Source: Prevotellaceae bacterium (GTDB lineage Bacteria > Bacteroidota > Bacteroidia > Bacteroidales > UBA932). From it: a stretch of 64,000 bases of DNA. Both the position numbers and the translations under genes were made by a program. Shown here in pieces: positions 27,955-38,000 of this stretch; position 1 is the first letter of the stretch, and each line of letters opens with the position of its first letter. The DNA lies in assembly GCA_031266935.1 (NCBI GenBank), contig JAISAC010000158.1, positions 6,966-70,965 of the forward strand. Reading direction: 5' to 3'. The notes under the pieces are model-generated. The model did not search any database and had not been told where the DNA came from. It saw only the letters and a list, made by a program, of their open reading frames with translations.

Positions 27955-29817
27955 ATGGATAGAAATACGCTTTACGGTTTTCTTGCTATTGGGGCTATTC
28001 TCATAGGTTTTAGCTACTACACTTCGAAACAATCCGAGAAATATGCGCTCGAGAAGCGCCGCCTCGACTCAACTGCGGCAGTACAAATTGCTACCGAAAA
28101 AAATTCCAGCGCTGCCGCAGCGGCTGCGACGCCACCGGCTGTCGGCGCTGTCGGCGATCCGCAAAATGTGCTGCCCGCAAGCGAACCGTTAGCGCAGGCT
28201 GCACAGGGCGAGCAGCAATTTTACACCATCGAAAATGACGTGATTGCCGTAACGCTCACCAACCGGGGCGGCCGCGTGTACTCGGTGGAGCTCAAAAATT
28301 ACCACGCCTACAACAGCAAGCCGCTGGTGCTCTTTGAAGGCGACAGAAATGATTTTGCGCTTACCTTTTACACTAACGACAGCCGTAACTTTACAACCTC
28401 CAGCTTTTACTTTACCCCGCAAACCGCCGTATCTTCGTACAAGCTGGCGGAGAGCGACGCCGCCTACACCTTTGTGCTGCGGCTACAGGTGGGCGAAGGG
28501 CAGCTTATAGACTATGAATATACGCTGCGCAAAGGCTCGTACATGGTTGACTTCAACCTGAAGCTGGTTGGGCTGAGCAACGTTACCAACGCCGATTTGC
28601 TGTGGTCGTACAACGCTTTTCAGCAGGAAAAAGCCTTCGACAACGAAAATAACTACAGCACGGTGGCGTACTGCTACCCTGGCGAAGCTGACATCGAAGA
28701 GCTGGGGCAAGGCTCCGGAAACAAGGAGGAAACCGTAAAAACACGCCTGCAGTGGATAGCGTTCAAGCAGCATTTTTTTTCCTCCATTTTGATTGCCAAA
28801 GACGAAAACTTTAACGGCGCTTACATGGGCTACACTACCTACAAGCCCGGTAACCGAGAGAATTTTCTCAAGCAGTACGTGGCCAACATTCAGCTGCCGA
28901 TGCTGTCGGCGCAGCAAGATCAGGAAGTGCCAATGGCGTTCTACTTTGGCCCCAACCACTACAGCACGCTCAAATCTTACGAGAGTAGCTTCCACAAGCT
29001 GGTACCGCTGGGCGGCTGGATTATAGGGTGGATAAACAGGCTGGTGGTTATCCCTATTTTTGACCTGCTGGGAAAGTATATCAGCAGCTATGGCCTCATT
29101 ATCCTCATCCTTACCGTCATCATAAAGCTCGTGCTGTTTCCGCTGACGTTCAAATCCTACCTTTCGTCGGCCAAAATGCGCCTGCTCAAGCCCGATGTGG
29201 ACAGGATTGCACACAAGTACCCCAAAAAGGAAGACGCCATGAAAAAGCAGCAGGAGACGATGGCGCTGTACAAAAAAGCCGGAGCAAGCCCTATGGGCGG
29301 CTGCCTGCCTATTATTATTCAGTTTCCGATTTTGATTGCCATGTTCCGGTTCTTTCCGGCCTCTATTGAGCTGCGGCAGCAATCTTTCCTTTGGGCGGAC
29401 GACCTCTCGGGGTTCGACTCCATCCTCAGTCTGCCCTTCTCCATTCCGTTCTACGGCGACCACATCAGCCTGTTTACGCTGCTTATGGCCGGAGCGCTGT
29501 TCGTGTCGTCGCGCATGAGCATGTCGCAAACGCCCGATACGGGGATGCCCGGCATGAAGTTCATGACGCTCTACCTGATGCCCGCCATGATGCTTTTTTG
29601 GTTTAACAACTACGCAGCAGGGCTAAGCTACTACTACTTCCTCTCAAACCTGATTACCATTGGGCAAAACTTCGCCACGCGCCGCATGGTCAACGAGGAT
29701 AAGCTGCATGCCCGGATGAAGGAGAACAGCAAAAAACCGGTAAAAAAATCACGCTTTCAGGCCAAGCTGGAGGAAATGGCGCGTAAGCAGCAGCAACAGC
29801 AGCGAGGCAGGAGATAG
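27955..29817 (+). CDS. yidC: Membrane protein insertase YidC (long Bacteroidota form)
   Basis: 620 aa. N-terminal TM helix, large periplasmic domain, then the conserved core (GLIILILTVIIKLVLFPLT...MGGCLPIIIQFPILIAMF). Confidence 0.95.
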   Translation: MDRNTLYGFLAIGAILIGFSYYTSKQSEKYALEKRRLDSTAAVQIATEKNSSAAAAAATPPAVGAVGDPQNVLPASEPLAQAAQGEQQFYTIENDVIAVTLTNRGGRVYSVELKNYHAYNSKPLVLFEGDRNDFALTFYTNDSRNFTTSSFYFTPQTAVSSYKLAESDAAYTFVLRLQVGEGQLIDYEYTLRKGSYMVDFNLKLVGLSNVTNADLLWSYNAFQQEKAFDNENNYSTVAYCYPGEADIEELGQGSGNKEETVKTRLQWIAFKQHFFSSILIAKDENFNGAYMGYTTYKPGNRENFLKQYVANIQLPMLSAQQDQEVPMAFYFGPNHYSTLKSYESSFHKLVPLGGWIIGWINRLVVIPIFDLLGKYISSYGLIILILTVIIKLVLFPLTFKSYLSSAKMRLLKPDVDRIAHKYPKKEDAMKKQQETMALYKKAGASPMGGCLPIIIQFPILIAMFRFFPASIELRQQSFLWADDLSGFDSILSLPFSIPFYGDHISLFTLLMAGALFVSSRMSMSQTPDTGMPGMKFMTLYLMPAMMLFWFNNYAAGLSYYYFLSNLITIGQNFATRRMVNEDKLHARMKENSKKPVKKSRFQAKLEEMARKQQQQQRGRR

Positions 29818-29825
29818 CACACGCA

Positions 29826-30863
29826 ATGTACGCAATGCATCCCCTGCGCAGTAAAAGAATAGCGGCTACCGGCGTGGCGCTGGCTACGCTGGCGCTGGCG
29901 CTGCTGGTTGCCGATGTGCTGCTGGGGTCGGAGCCCGTGCCGCTCTCTACGGCGTGGCGCGCGCTGCTTGGCGCAGAGCCATCGCACCTGTCGCAAATCA
30001 TACTCGGCTACCGCTTTCCAAAGGCAATGGTAGCCTTGCTTGTTGGCGTATCCCTGTCAGTAAGCGGCCTGCAAATGCAAACGGTTTTTCGCAACCCTCT
30101 TGCCGACCCCTACATTCTGGGCGTAAGCTCGGGGGCGGGCTTGGGGGTGGCATTGTTTGTCATGGGTTACTCCGTTTGGGGAACAACGGCTGTGGGCGCG
30201 CTGCTGGCAAGCATGGGGTACGCTGTGTCGGCATGTGTTGGCGCGGCGCTCATTATGGGCATCATGCTGGCTGTCTCCATGCGCGTGCGCGACATCATGG
30301 CAATGCTCATTTTGGGAGTAATGATTGGCAGCGCAACATCGGCTATCATCAGCGCGCTGCAATACTTCAGCCGCGAGGCGGCGCTCAAATCGTACGTGCT
30401 GTGGACAATGGGCGGCTTAGGTAACGTAACCTCCACGCAGCTCTACGTGCTGATGGCCATTACCCTTGCGGGCAGCGTACTTGCCCTGCTATCCGTCAAA
30501 ACGCTCAACGCGCTGATGCTGGGCGAAAGCTACGCCCGCAGCATTGGCTACAACGTCGGCAGAAGCCGCCTTACCGTCATGCTGACGGCAACCCTGCTCA
30601 CCGGCACGGCAACCGCCTTTTGCGGCCCCATTGGGTTTATCGGCGTGGCGGTTCCGCACGTAGCGCGCATGCTCATTCGCGAAGCCGATCACCGCTACCT
30701 CCTGCCCATCACCATGCTGCTGGGAGCGGTAGCCATGCTGCTGTGCGATGTGATTTCGTCCCTGCCCGGGTACGAAACATCGCTACCCATCAACACGGTA
30801 ACGTCGCTGCTGGGCATACCTATCGTGATTTTAGTCATTGTGCGTAACCAAAAAATAGTGTAG
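29826..30863 (+). CDS. FecCD-family ABC importer permease (iron-chelate/heme/B12 type)
   Basis: 345 aa, about 10 TM helices, with typical BtuC/FecD motifs (NPLADPYILGVSSGAGLG; GPIGFIGVAVPHVAR). Confidence 0.9.
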   Translation: MYAMHPLRSKRIAATGVALATLALALLVADVLLGSEPVPLSTAWRALLGAEPSHLSQIILGYRFPKAMVALLVGVSLSVSGLQMQTVFRNPLADPYILGVSSGAGLGVALFVMGYSVWGTTAVGALLASMGYAVSACVGAALIMGIMLAVSMRVRDIMAMLILGVMIGSATSAIISALQYFSREAALKSYVLWTMGGLGNVTSTQLYVLMAITLAGSVLALLSVKTLNALMLGESYARSIGYNVGRSRLTVMLTATLLTGTATAFCGPIGFIGVAVPHVARMLIREADHRYLLPITMLLGAVAMLLCDVISSLPGYETSLPINTVTSLLGIPIVILVIVRNQKIV

Positions 30864-30865
30864 GC

Positions 30866-31747
30866 ATGACCGCTCAGGCAAAACCGGCAATAGAGGTGCG
30901 CAACCTGCGCATAGGCTACACCGCCAAAGGTGCGCAGCGGGAGATTTTTCCCGCCTTTTCGGCAGCGGCGGGTGAGGCGGAGCTGGTTGCGCTGCTGGGG
31001 CGCAACGGACGAGGAAAGAGTACGCTGCTACGCACCATCATCGGCATACAGCCACCGCTCGACGGCGCAGTGCACATCCTCGAAAAGGATATACGCTCCT
31101 ACCCGCTGCGTACGCTGGCAACGCTGGTGAGCTACGTTTCGACCGACAACGTAAAGGTGGGAAATCTCAAGGTTTTTGACCTTGTGTCGCTTGGCCGCTA
31201 CCCCTACACGGGCTGGTTTGGAGCGCTTTCGGCCGGCGACAAAAAGGTGGTAATGCAGTCGCTGGAAATGGTCGGCATGGAGGCTTACGCATGGCAAAAT
31301 ACCGGCTGCCTGAGCGACGGCGAGCGCCAGCGGGTAGTGATAGCGCGGGCGCTGGCGCAGGATACGCCCATTATCGTGCTCGACGAGCCGACGGCATTCC
31401 TCGACTTGCCCAACCGTTACGAAATTGTTTTGCTGCTAAAGCAGCTGGCGCAGGAGCAGCGCCGCGCCATACTCTTTTCTACGCACGACCTGAGCATTGC
31501 GCTCAAAATTGCCGACAGGGTGTGGGTTATGTGCGACGGCGAATTTCATCAGGGCGCACCGCAAAAGCTCATGCTCGACAACGTGTTCGATAAGCTGCTG
31601 CAAAATACCCGCCTCTCCGTTGACCACGAAACGGGAGAGGTGAGGGTCGAACTCGAAAAGGGAGTTCCTAAAAATAAAGCTTTCAGGCGCAATCACCCAC
31701 CCCAGCCTGAAGGCTCTACTCTTCAATCATATCCTCCGGCTCAATAA
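30866..31747 (+). CDS. ABC importer ATP-binding protein (FecE/BtuD type)
   Basis: Walker A GRNGRGKST, signature LSDGERQR, Walker B IIVLDEPT. The 3' end overlaps the convergent MORN gene by about 32 nt. No substrate-binding protein gene lies next to it. Confidence 0.9.
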   Translation: MTAQAKPAIEVRNLRIGYTAKGAQREIFPAFSAAAGEAELVALLGRNGRGKSTLLRTIIGIQPPLDGAVHILEKDIRSYPLRTLATLVSYVSTDNVKVGNLKVFDLVSLGRYPYTGWFGALSAGDKKVVMQSLEMVGMEAYAWQNTGCLSDGERQRVVIARALAQDTPIIVLDEPTAFLDLPNRYEIVLLLKQLAQEQRRAILFSTHDLSIALKIADRVWVMCDGEFHQGAPQKLMLDNVFDKLLQNTRLSVDHETGEVRVELEKGVPKNKAFRRNHPPQPEGSTLQSYPPAQ

Positions 31748-32513
31748 ACAAGCCTTTATTTGCCTCCATGCTTTTGAGCAAGTCGGAATTTTTTTTGTCG
31801 ACGGAATCTCTGTCCGCCGCAAAACCCTGTACGTAGGTGGTTTTGCGCTCCACTGCTCCGGCGGGTGAGTAAAAAGTCCATTCGCCGGTACGCACATTGT
31901 CGGTGTATTGGCCTTCGATGCGTATCCGGTTGTTGGCGTAGTAGTAGCGTATGCCGCCATTGCGCAAGCCTCTGGTAAACGTTGCTTCAAACATGAGGTG
32001 CTCCTGCTCGTCCAGCTGCTCGTGGATTCCCTCTTGTTGGCCGTTTTTAAACCGTTTTCGCTCGAAAACTTTCCCGTTTGGGTAGTACGACGAGGAAGTT
32101 CCCTCAAGCAGGCCATTCTCGTAATTTTCGTCCATTGCAGGCTTTCCGTTCTTGTAGTACTTCCACTGCCCCTGCTTTTTCTTTTCGTTCAGGTAGCGCC
32201 CCTCTGCAATTAGCGCTCCGTTGCTCGAAAAGAATTGCGCAAAGGAGGTCTTGCCATCATCAAAGTAGTCAATGAGCGCCTTTTTTTCCCCATTTTCGTA
32301 GTAGCGCACCAGCAAACCGCGAGGCTTGTCGTCAACAAAAAGAGTGCGGTAGGCTATCTGGCCGTTGGGGTATTTTTTTTGCCAGTAACCCTGCTTTAGC
32401 CCGCGCTCGTCTGTTTGGTTGTAAATGGTATCCGGCGCCTGAGCTGCAGCGGTAAGAGTTAGCCCCCCCCAAAAAACGGGTAAAATGGCAACGTAAAATG
32501 CTATTTTTTTCAT
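31716..32513 (-). CDS. Secreted MORN-variant repeat protein (YwqK-like)
   Basis: Signal peptide MKKIAFYVAILPVFWGGLTLTAAAQA, then repeated Y..NG....E..F..G...G units. Confidence 0.75.
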   Translation of the reverse strand: MKKIAFYVAILPVFWGGLTLTAAAQAPDTIYNQTDERGLKQGYWQKKYPNGQIAYRTLFVDDKPRGLLVRYYENGEKKALIDYFDDGKTSFAQFFSSNGALIAEGRYLNEKKKQGQWKYYKNGKPAMDENYENGLLEGTSSSYYPNGKVFERKRFKNGQQEGIHEQLDEQEHLMFEATFTRGLRNGGIRYYYANNRIRIEGQYTDNVRTGEWTFYSPAGAVERKTTYVQGFAADRDSVDKKNSDLLKSMEANKGLFIEPEDMIEE

Positions 32514-32579
32514 CTGGAAGAGTTGAAGACAGTAAAACCAAATGTGCGGATAATTAGGTATAGGTTGAGTTGAGTCGAG

Positions 32580-32981
32580 CTATGCGCGCTCAAGCTGCTC
32601 TATGCTGTTTTTCCACTCCGGCTTTATCGGGATAGACTTTTGCGTAACCTTGCTAAACCCCGAAAGCACGGAGTAGCTGCTTACGTGCACCGCTCCGGTA
32701 TTGGTATTGACAATTTCTTGCCGCATTTTGACGCTCCGCTCGCCAACTCCCACTACGCCGGTGCGTACAGAGATGGCGTCTTTCAGGCGGGTTTGCACTT
32801 TGTAATCGGCCTCGGCGTGAACCAGAATTACCGTTTCGTCGTGCAGCTCAAAATCGTCCGAAAAGAGCCGGTGCAGGTAGTCCATGCGCCCAACGTCGAA
32901 GTAACTCCAGTACACGGAATTATTCACGTGCCCAAAGCTGTCGACATCGCTAAACCGTATTTGAACAGGTGTTGTCAGCAT
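32580..32981 (-). CDS. Acyl-CoA thioesterase (4HBT/YbgC-like hotdog fold)
   Basis: 133 aa from the internal ATG at 32981. The motif VQIRFSDVDSFGHVNNSVYWSYF is typical of 4HBT thioesterases. The longer ORF in the track overlaps rnc. Confidence 0.8.
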   Translation of the reverse strand: MLTTPVQIRFSDVDSFGHVNNSVYWSYFDVGRMDYLHRLFSDDFELHDETVILVHAEADYKVQTRLKDAISVRTGVVGVGERSVKMRQEIVNTNTGAVHVSSYSVLSGFSKVTQKSIPIKPEWKNSIEQLERA

Positions 32982-32985
32982 GAGT

Positions 32986-33762
32986 TTAGCTCGTATGCTT
33001 TGCAATGAAAGCTCCATACGCCTTCTCTGCGGCGCGCTGCTCGGCCTCTTTTTTTGATAATCCGCTGCCCTGACCGGCCACCTCGTTGTTGATGCGAAGC
33101 GTAGTGGTGAACACGAAGTGAGATTTGTCCTTGCTCGGCTGGCTTGTCGTTTCAAAAACGGCTTGGCTTCCGCGCTTTTGTACGGTTTCCAGCAGGCGGC
33201 TTTTGAAGTCAAACTCCCGCTTTACCAGGTCGTCAATGTTGACGTGCGGCAGCAACATGCGGTTGAGGAAAATGTTGCGCGCGCATACGTAACCTTTATC
33301 TAAGTAAACGGCTCCTATCAGCGCCTCCAGCGTGTTGCCCAGAATATTTTTTGCTACGGAGTTGCGCAGCTTTGCCACTACAAATCGCGACAAGTCAAGC
33401 TGCTGCGCCAGCCTTTCCAGGGCTTCGCGGCCAACAATTTTTGAGCGCACCTGCGTCAAAAAGCCTTCGCGCTTGCTTGGAAACTTATTGTAGAGGTACT
33501 CCGAAACGATGAGCTCAATAACAGCGTCGCCCAAAAATTCGAGCCGCTCGTTATGCTGCTCTGTTGGCTTAGGGTAGTAGCGCTTACGGTACTGGTAAGG
33601 GCGGCGCGCCACGGAGCTGTGCGTAAAAGCTTGCCTGTACAGCTCGAGCTGCTTTGGCGTATAGCCCAGCAGCTTCTTCAGGGAGCTGATAAGCAGCAAA
33701 TCCTCGTCCTTGGGTGCATCGGGCAAGAATTTTTTTACAAGTTGAAATAGTTTAGAAAACAA
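32986..33762 (-). CDS. rnc: Ribonuclease III
   Basis: RNase III signature ERLEFLGDAV and a C-terminal dsRBD (GSGLSKKEAEQRAAEKA). Confidence 0.95.
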   Translation of the reverse strand: MFSKLFQLVKKFLPDAPKDEDLLLISSLKKLLGYTPKQLELYRQAFTHSSVARRPYQYRKRYYPKPTEQHNERLEFLGDAVIELIVSEYLYNKFPSKREGFLTQVRSKIVGREALERLAQQLDLSRFVVAKLRNSVAKNILGNTLEALIGAVYLDKGYVCARNIFLNRMLLPHVNIDDLVKREFDFKSRLLETVQKRGSQAVFETTSQPSKDKSHFVFTTTLRINNEVAGQGSGLSKKEAEQRAAEKAYGAFIAKHTS

Positions 33763-33777
33763 AATAATTAGAATTGA

Positions 33778-35034
33778 CTAAATACGCTTAAAAATTACCG
33801 AAGCATTGTGCCCTCCAAACCCAAAAGTGTTGCTCAAAGCAATCCGAACATCACGCTTTTGCGCTACGTTCAGCGTCAGGTTTAGGCGAGGGTCAAATGC
33901 AGGGTCTAAATCTTGGTTATTGATGGTGGGGGGAATGATGCCTCGCTGTATGGCGCAAATGCAGGCTAATGCCTCTACTGCGCCGGTAGCGCCCAGCAGG
34001 TGCCCCGTCATTGATTTGGTAGAGCTGATGTTGAGCTCGTAGGTATGGTCGCCAAAAACTTTTTCAACAGCTTTTACCTCAGCAATGTCGCCCACCGGCG
34101 TCGAAGTGCCGTGTACGTTAATGTAATCAACATCTTCGGGCTTCAGGTTTGCATCGTCAAGGGCGCACCGCATCACGTTAGCCGCGCCCAAGCCTTCGGG
34201 GTGAGGCGCGGTAAGGTGGTAGGCATCTGCCGTCATGCCTCCGCCTACAATTTCGGCGTAGATATTGGCGCCGCGCGCTTTTGCATGCTCATACTCTTCA
34301 AACATCAGCCCTGCACCTCCTTCGCCCATCACAAACCCATCGCGGGTTTTGTCGAACGGGCGCGAAGCGGTGGCGTAGCTGTTGTTGTTGGTTGAAAGCG
34401 CCTGCGCAGAGTTGAATCCGCCCATGGCGGCTTCGTTGATAGGCGCCTCGGAGCCTCCGGCAATAATTGCCTTTGCTTTTCCCAAGCGAATGAGGTCAAA
34501 TGCGTCTATCATGGCGTGGGTAGATGAGGCGCATGCCGACACGGTAGCGTAGTTTGGGCCTCGAAGCCCGTACTTCATTGAGATTTGTCCGGCGGCAATA
34601 TCTGCAATCATTTTAGGCACAAAGAACGGGTTAAACCGGGGGGTGCCATCGCCCTTGACGAAGTCTCTTACTTCCTCAAAGAAAGTGCGAATTCCACCTA
34701 TCCCCGAAGCCCACACAACGCCGACCTTATCACAGTCAACCTTCGATAATTCCATTCCGGAGGATTTTATAATCTCGTATGCTGCAATCATCGCAAATTG
34801 TGTGTAAAGGTCCAGCTTGCGGGCTTCCTTCCGCTCAATAGCCTCCGTATGCTGCGCCACGTCAAAGTTCTTTACTTCGCAGGCAAACTTTGTTTTAAAG
34901 TTTGAGGCATCGAAGCGCGTAATGGGCGCAGCTCCGCTTACCCCTTTCAGTAAACTGTCGAAAAATTCGTCAACCGTTTTACCCAAAGGGTTGATTGTGC
35001 CGACTCCCGTTACAACGACTCTCTTTAGCTCCAT
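33778..35034 (-). CDS. fabF: Beta-ketoacyl-ACP synthase II
   Basis: MELKRVVVTGVGTINPLG..., active-site region ATVSACASS, and C-terminal NTFGFGGHNASVIF. Confidence 0.96.
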   Translation of the reverse strand: MELKRVVVTGVGTINPLGKTVDEFFDSLLKGVSGAAPITRFDASNFKTKFACEVKNFDVAQHTEAIERKEARKLDLYTQFAMIAAYEIIKSSGMELSKVDCDKVGVVWASGIGGIRTFFEEVRDFVKGDGTPRFNPFFVPKMIADIAAGQISMKYGLRGPNYATVSACASSTHAMIDAFDLIRLGKAKAIIAGGSEAPINEAAMGGFNSAQALSTNNNSYATASRPFDKTRDGFVMGEGGAGLMFEEYEHAKARGANIYAEIVGGGMTADAYHLTAPHPEGLGAANVMRCALDDANLKPEDVDYINVHGTSTPVGDIAEVKAVEKVFGDHTYELNISSTKSMTGHLLGATGAVEALACICAIQRGIIPPTINNQDLDPAFDPRLNLTLNVAQKRDVRIALSNTFGFGGHNASVIFKRI

Positions 35035-35082
35035 CACTTTAAAAAACTTGGTTTGCAGAAACAATCACGAAATACCCTAACG

Positions 35083-35325
35083 TTACACTTTGTCGGTAGC
35101 TTTCTCAATATACGAGATAGCGTCGCCAACGTTGACAATTTTTTCGGTGTCTTCATCGGGGATAGCAACACCAAATTCTTTTTCAAACTCCATAATGAGC
35201 TCCACGGTGTCCAACGAATCGGCTCCGAGGTCGTTGGTGAAGGTTGCACCAAGCGCTACTTCCGATTCGTCAACGCCAAGCTTGTCAACGATAATTGCTT
35301 TTACTTTTTCTGCTACATCTGCCAT
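35083..35325 (-). CDS. acpP: Acyl carrier protein
   Basis: 80 aa with the phosphopantetheine attachment motif [16 protein letters not shown]. Confidence 0.97.
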   Translation of the reverse strand: MADVAEKVKAIIVDKLGVDESEVALGATFTNDLGADSLDTVELIMEFEKEFGVAIPDEDTEKIVNVGDAISYIEKATDKV

Positions 35326-35491
35326 AATTAATTTCCGATTTTAGTTAGTAATTTAGAATTAAAAACACGTCTTTTGCGGTACGCAAACGGCGACCTTTAG
35401 AAAAAAAGTCGCTACAAAAGTATAAACTTATTCCATAGTTTTTATACTTTTGAGCAACTTTTTATCAGCTAAAAATACCAAATAACTAAAA

Positions 35492-36079
35492 ATGAGAAAC
35501 ATAGCAATATTTGCATCCGGTTCCGGCACCAACGCCGAAAACCTTATCAGGTACTTCAACGGTAAGGGGCAGGCAAAGGCATGCGTAAAGGTACTTTTCT
35601 CCAATAAACCAGATGCATACGCCCTTATCCGAGCGGCCAGCCTGGGGGTTCCCGCGCAGGTTTTCGGGCGGAGCGACCTGTACAGCTCAAGCCTCATTCT
35701 GAATGAGCTGCAGCGGCAAAGCATTGACCTGATTGTGCTGGCCGGCTTTCTGTGGCTTATGCCGGAGAGCATCGTAAGCGCTTTTCGGCGCAGAATTGTC
35801 AACATCCACCCCGCGCTGCTACCCAAGTACGGCGGCAGGGGAATGTACGGCATGAACGTGCACCGCGCCGTGAAGGCCGCCGGCGAGCGCGAAACGGGCA
35901 TTACCATACACTACGTAAACACCGAATACGACAGGGGCGACATTATTTTTCAGGCCGCCTGCCCCGTCCTCTCCACCGATACCGCCAACGATATTGCCGC
36001 AAAAATTCACCTGCTGGAGCAGGAGCACTTCCCAAAAGTTGTGGAAAAAATAGCGGCGGAGATTTGCTTCGGAGCCTAA
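35492..36079 (+). CDS. purN: Phosphoribosylglycinamide formyltransferase
   Basis: 195 aa. IAIFASGSGTNAENL, IVNIHPALLPKYGG and GITIHYV are typical of PurN. Confidence 0.93.
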   Translation: MRNIAIFASGSGTNAENLIRYFNGKGQAKACVKVLFSNKPDAYALIRAASLGVPAQVFGRSDLYSSSLILNELQRQSIDLIVLAGFLWLMPESIVSAFRRRIVNIHPALLPKYGGRGMYGMNVHRAVKAAGERETGITIHYVNTEYDRGDIIFQAACPVLSTDTANDIAAKIHLLEQEHFPKVVEKIAAEICFGA

Positions 36080-36299
36080 AAAAATAGCGACGATGAACAT
36101 TCTACGGTAGCTGTTTTCTTTAAATATGTCATTTTGTCAGCATATTTACCTTGTATGCTTGCCTATTTTGCAGCGATTATTGCCATACAATATGACAAAT
36201 TGTCATCATTTTATCATTGGCACACTACTTGAAAGTTTACCTTACGAAAACCATTATTTAATCATTATTTAATCATTTAATATTAGGAGGACATACACT

Positions 36300-36728
36300 A
36301 TGAACCTGATTAAAAGAAACCAAAATTGGCTGCCCGACGTATTTAGCGATTTGTTCAGCAACGACTGGATGCTACGGGCAAATGCAACCGCACCGGCTAT
36401 CAATATTGCTGAAACCGAAAAGGACTACAGGGTTGAAGTTGCCGCCCCCGGCATGACCAAAGAGGATTTTTGCGTGCGCATTGACGACGACAACAACCTT
36501 GTTATCTCAATGGAGAAGAAGGCCGAAGCTTCGGAAAAAAACGAAAGCGAGCTCTACCTGCGGCGCGAATTTTCGTACAGCAAGTTTGAGCAGAAGATGA
36601 TTCTTCCCAAAAATGCGGACAAGGACAAAATCTCGGCAAAAATGGAGCACGGGGTGCTGAACGTTTCTATCCCTAAAATGAACGAGGAGGATATCAAAAA
36701 AAGCATGAAAATGATAGATATCTCCTAA
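36300..36728 (+). CDS. Hsp20/alpha-crystallin small heat-shock protein
   Basis: 142 aa. Alpha-crystallin domain (DYRVEVAAPGMTKEDFCVRIDDDNNLVIS...SKFEQKMILP...HGVLNVSIPK). Confidence 0.92.
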   Translation: MNLIKRNQNWLPDVFSDLFSNDWMLRANATAPAINIAETEKDYRVEVAAPGMTKEDFCVRIDDDNNLVISMEKKAEASEKNESELYLRREFSYSKFEQKMILPKNADKDKISAKMEHGVLNVSIPKMNEEDIKKSMKMIDIS

Positions 36729-36751
36729 CGGATAGCATGGGAATGAAGACG

Positions 36752-36790
36752 AAAAAGCTGCTACAATTATCAAGTAGCAGCTTTTTTTGT
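36752..36790 (+). terminator. Intrinsic terminator after hsp20
   Basis: Stem AAAAAGCTGCTAC / GTAGCAGCTTTTT followed by a T-run. Confidence 0.8.
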
Positions 36791-36871
36791 TGGGGATACT
36801 CAGTGAATGAAAATACCATTCCTAACCAAATTTATTACGAAATTGGGTGGGATTTTTTTTGTTTTTCCTTT

Positions 36872-37239
36872 GTAAAAAATTTTTTCCCATTTGTTCGCGC
36901 TTGGAAATCGTAGAATTTTCATCTAATTTTGTGGACATAATTCAAAGTATAAATCTATGCATGAAGCAACGGAATATCCTGTTGAGGACGTAATGGAAGA
37001 TGCTGTTTTCGTTGTCCGTAAATTTGCGCAGCAATTCAGCCTGAATCTGCGTGATGCGTTCAACTACCTGTACAAATATCAGGGGCTTGCCTTTTTACAA
37101 AAGCATTACGGATATGAGCATACGCAACCTGCTTACCGCACAATAGAAGCGCTAATCGAAATTTGCCGTAAAAACGGAGGAACGCTGTAATGAAAGTGTA
37201 TCACGGCACAAATGTTCGTTTTGACAGGATTGATTTAAG
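36872..37239. repeat. Segment duplicated at 38007-38169; the second copy lacks about 205 bp internally
   Basis: 36872-36973 matches 38007-38108 closely (promoter region plus atgcatgaagcaacgga). 37179-37239 matches 38109-38169 closely (ggaacgctgtaatgaaRgtgtatcacggcacaaatgttcgttttgacaggattgRtttaag). The deletion junction sits at an aacgga/acggag microhomology. Confidence 0.85.
36957..37190 (+). CDS. DUF3791-like small protein
   Basis: 77 aa, in the usual position directly upstream of a DUF3990-type gene with an overlapping TAATG. A -7 box TAatTTTG lies at 36924-36931. The family assignment is from memory. Confidence 0.6.
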   Translation: MHEATEYPVEDVMEDAVFVVRKFAQQFSLNLRDAFNYLYKYQGLAFLQKHYGYEHTQPAYRTIEALIEICRKNGGTL

Positions 37240-37261
37240 TAAATGCAGTCCCGACAAATAA
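37190..37261 (+). pseudogene. Remnant of a DUF3990-family gene (first 23 codons only)
   Basis: MKVYHGTNVRFDRIDLSKCSPDK* matches the characteristic 'M.lYHGs...f....l' start of DUF3990 proteins (about 150-170 aa) but stops after 23 codons. Confidence 0.5.
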
Positions 37262-37506
37262 TGCTCGGAACGCCGACAGCGGTAGCGCTCATCCAGCCGG
37301 ACAATACTTTCATTTCCAAAACGGAAGATATTATTACGAACATGGGCGTGGCGCTGGTAAATAATTTTAAAATGGATATAATTGAGGCAATGAAAATAAT
37401 CTACAATTCCGAAACATTTCTATCCCTTACAAACAAAGAAATAAGGTTGTTTGAAAAATCATGGACTGAAATCTATGAAATGCTGAAAAAGGAATCGGGC
37501 ATGTAA
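37243..37506 (+). CDS. Second DUF3791-like small protein (start uncertain)
   Basis: The C-terminal part ...DIIEAMKIIYNSETFLSLTNKEIRLFEKSWTEIYEMLKKE resembles DUF3791. The N-terminal region may be junk left by the DUF3990 deletion. Confidence 0.45.
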   Translation: MQSRQIMLGTPTAVALIQPDNTFISKTEDIITNMGVALVNNFKMDIIEAMKIIYNSETFLSLTNKEIRLFEKSWTEIYEMLKKESGM

Positions 37507-37644
37507 CTATTCGCTAAAAACATGAAATCCAAAAAAACCAGAAGCGCCAAGAGGACAAATGGTCTCAACGTATAAAATAATAAAAAAAGGGGTAGCCTAA
37601 TAAGGTTGCCCCCCACTTCCCGAACGGACTTATGCCCTCCAATG

Positions 37645-37722
37645 GAGTCCTGTCCTCAACGTCCGAAACGCTTTTCCGGTTTTTCTACCGGCAAAGGTAC
37701 AAATAATTCCGAAACTATAAAA
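37645..37722. repeat. About 78-bp repeat containing a terminator-like hairpin; second copy at 38547-38622
   Basis: gaRtcctgYcctcaacgtccgaaacgcYttt(c)cggtttttctaccggMaaagStacaaaWaattccRaaactaYaaa, roughly 88% identity. CCGAAA..TTTCGG plus a T-run forms a hairpin. Confidence 0.8.
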
Positions 37723-37725
37723 AAA

Positions 37726-38000
37726 GGCTTATTCTTTTTTTGAGGTACTATGAAAAGAGTTTGCTGCTTGGTAGTTAGAATACAGATAGAACGAGGGTCA
37801 ACTGAAAACCTCATTTTCACCTAATTTTTCCAACAAAACAACCTCAGTAGCAAATATTTACACGATTCACCCAACCTCATTACCTCATTTTTCCGCGACC
37901 GTTTTTATCATTTTTAATGAGGTAATGAGGTTGTTGTTGTATGTTAATTAATTGCTACTGAGGTTGTTTTGTTGGAAAAATTAGGTAAAAATGAGGTTCT
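37726..38000. mobile_element. Nested-palindrome MITE-like element, copy 1 (the right terminal repeat is missing)
   Basis: Left end ggcttattctttttttgaggtactatgaaaag. Internal inverted pairs are acctaatttttccaacaaaacaacctcagtagca / tgctactgaggttgttttgttggaaaaattaggt and cctcattacctcatt / aatgaggtaatgagg. No ORF. Confidence 0.65.
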
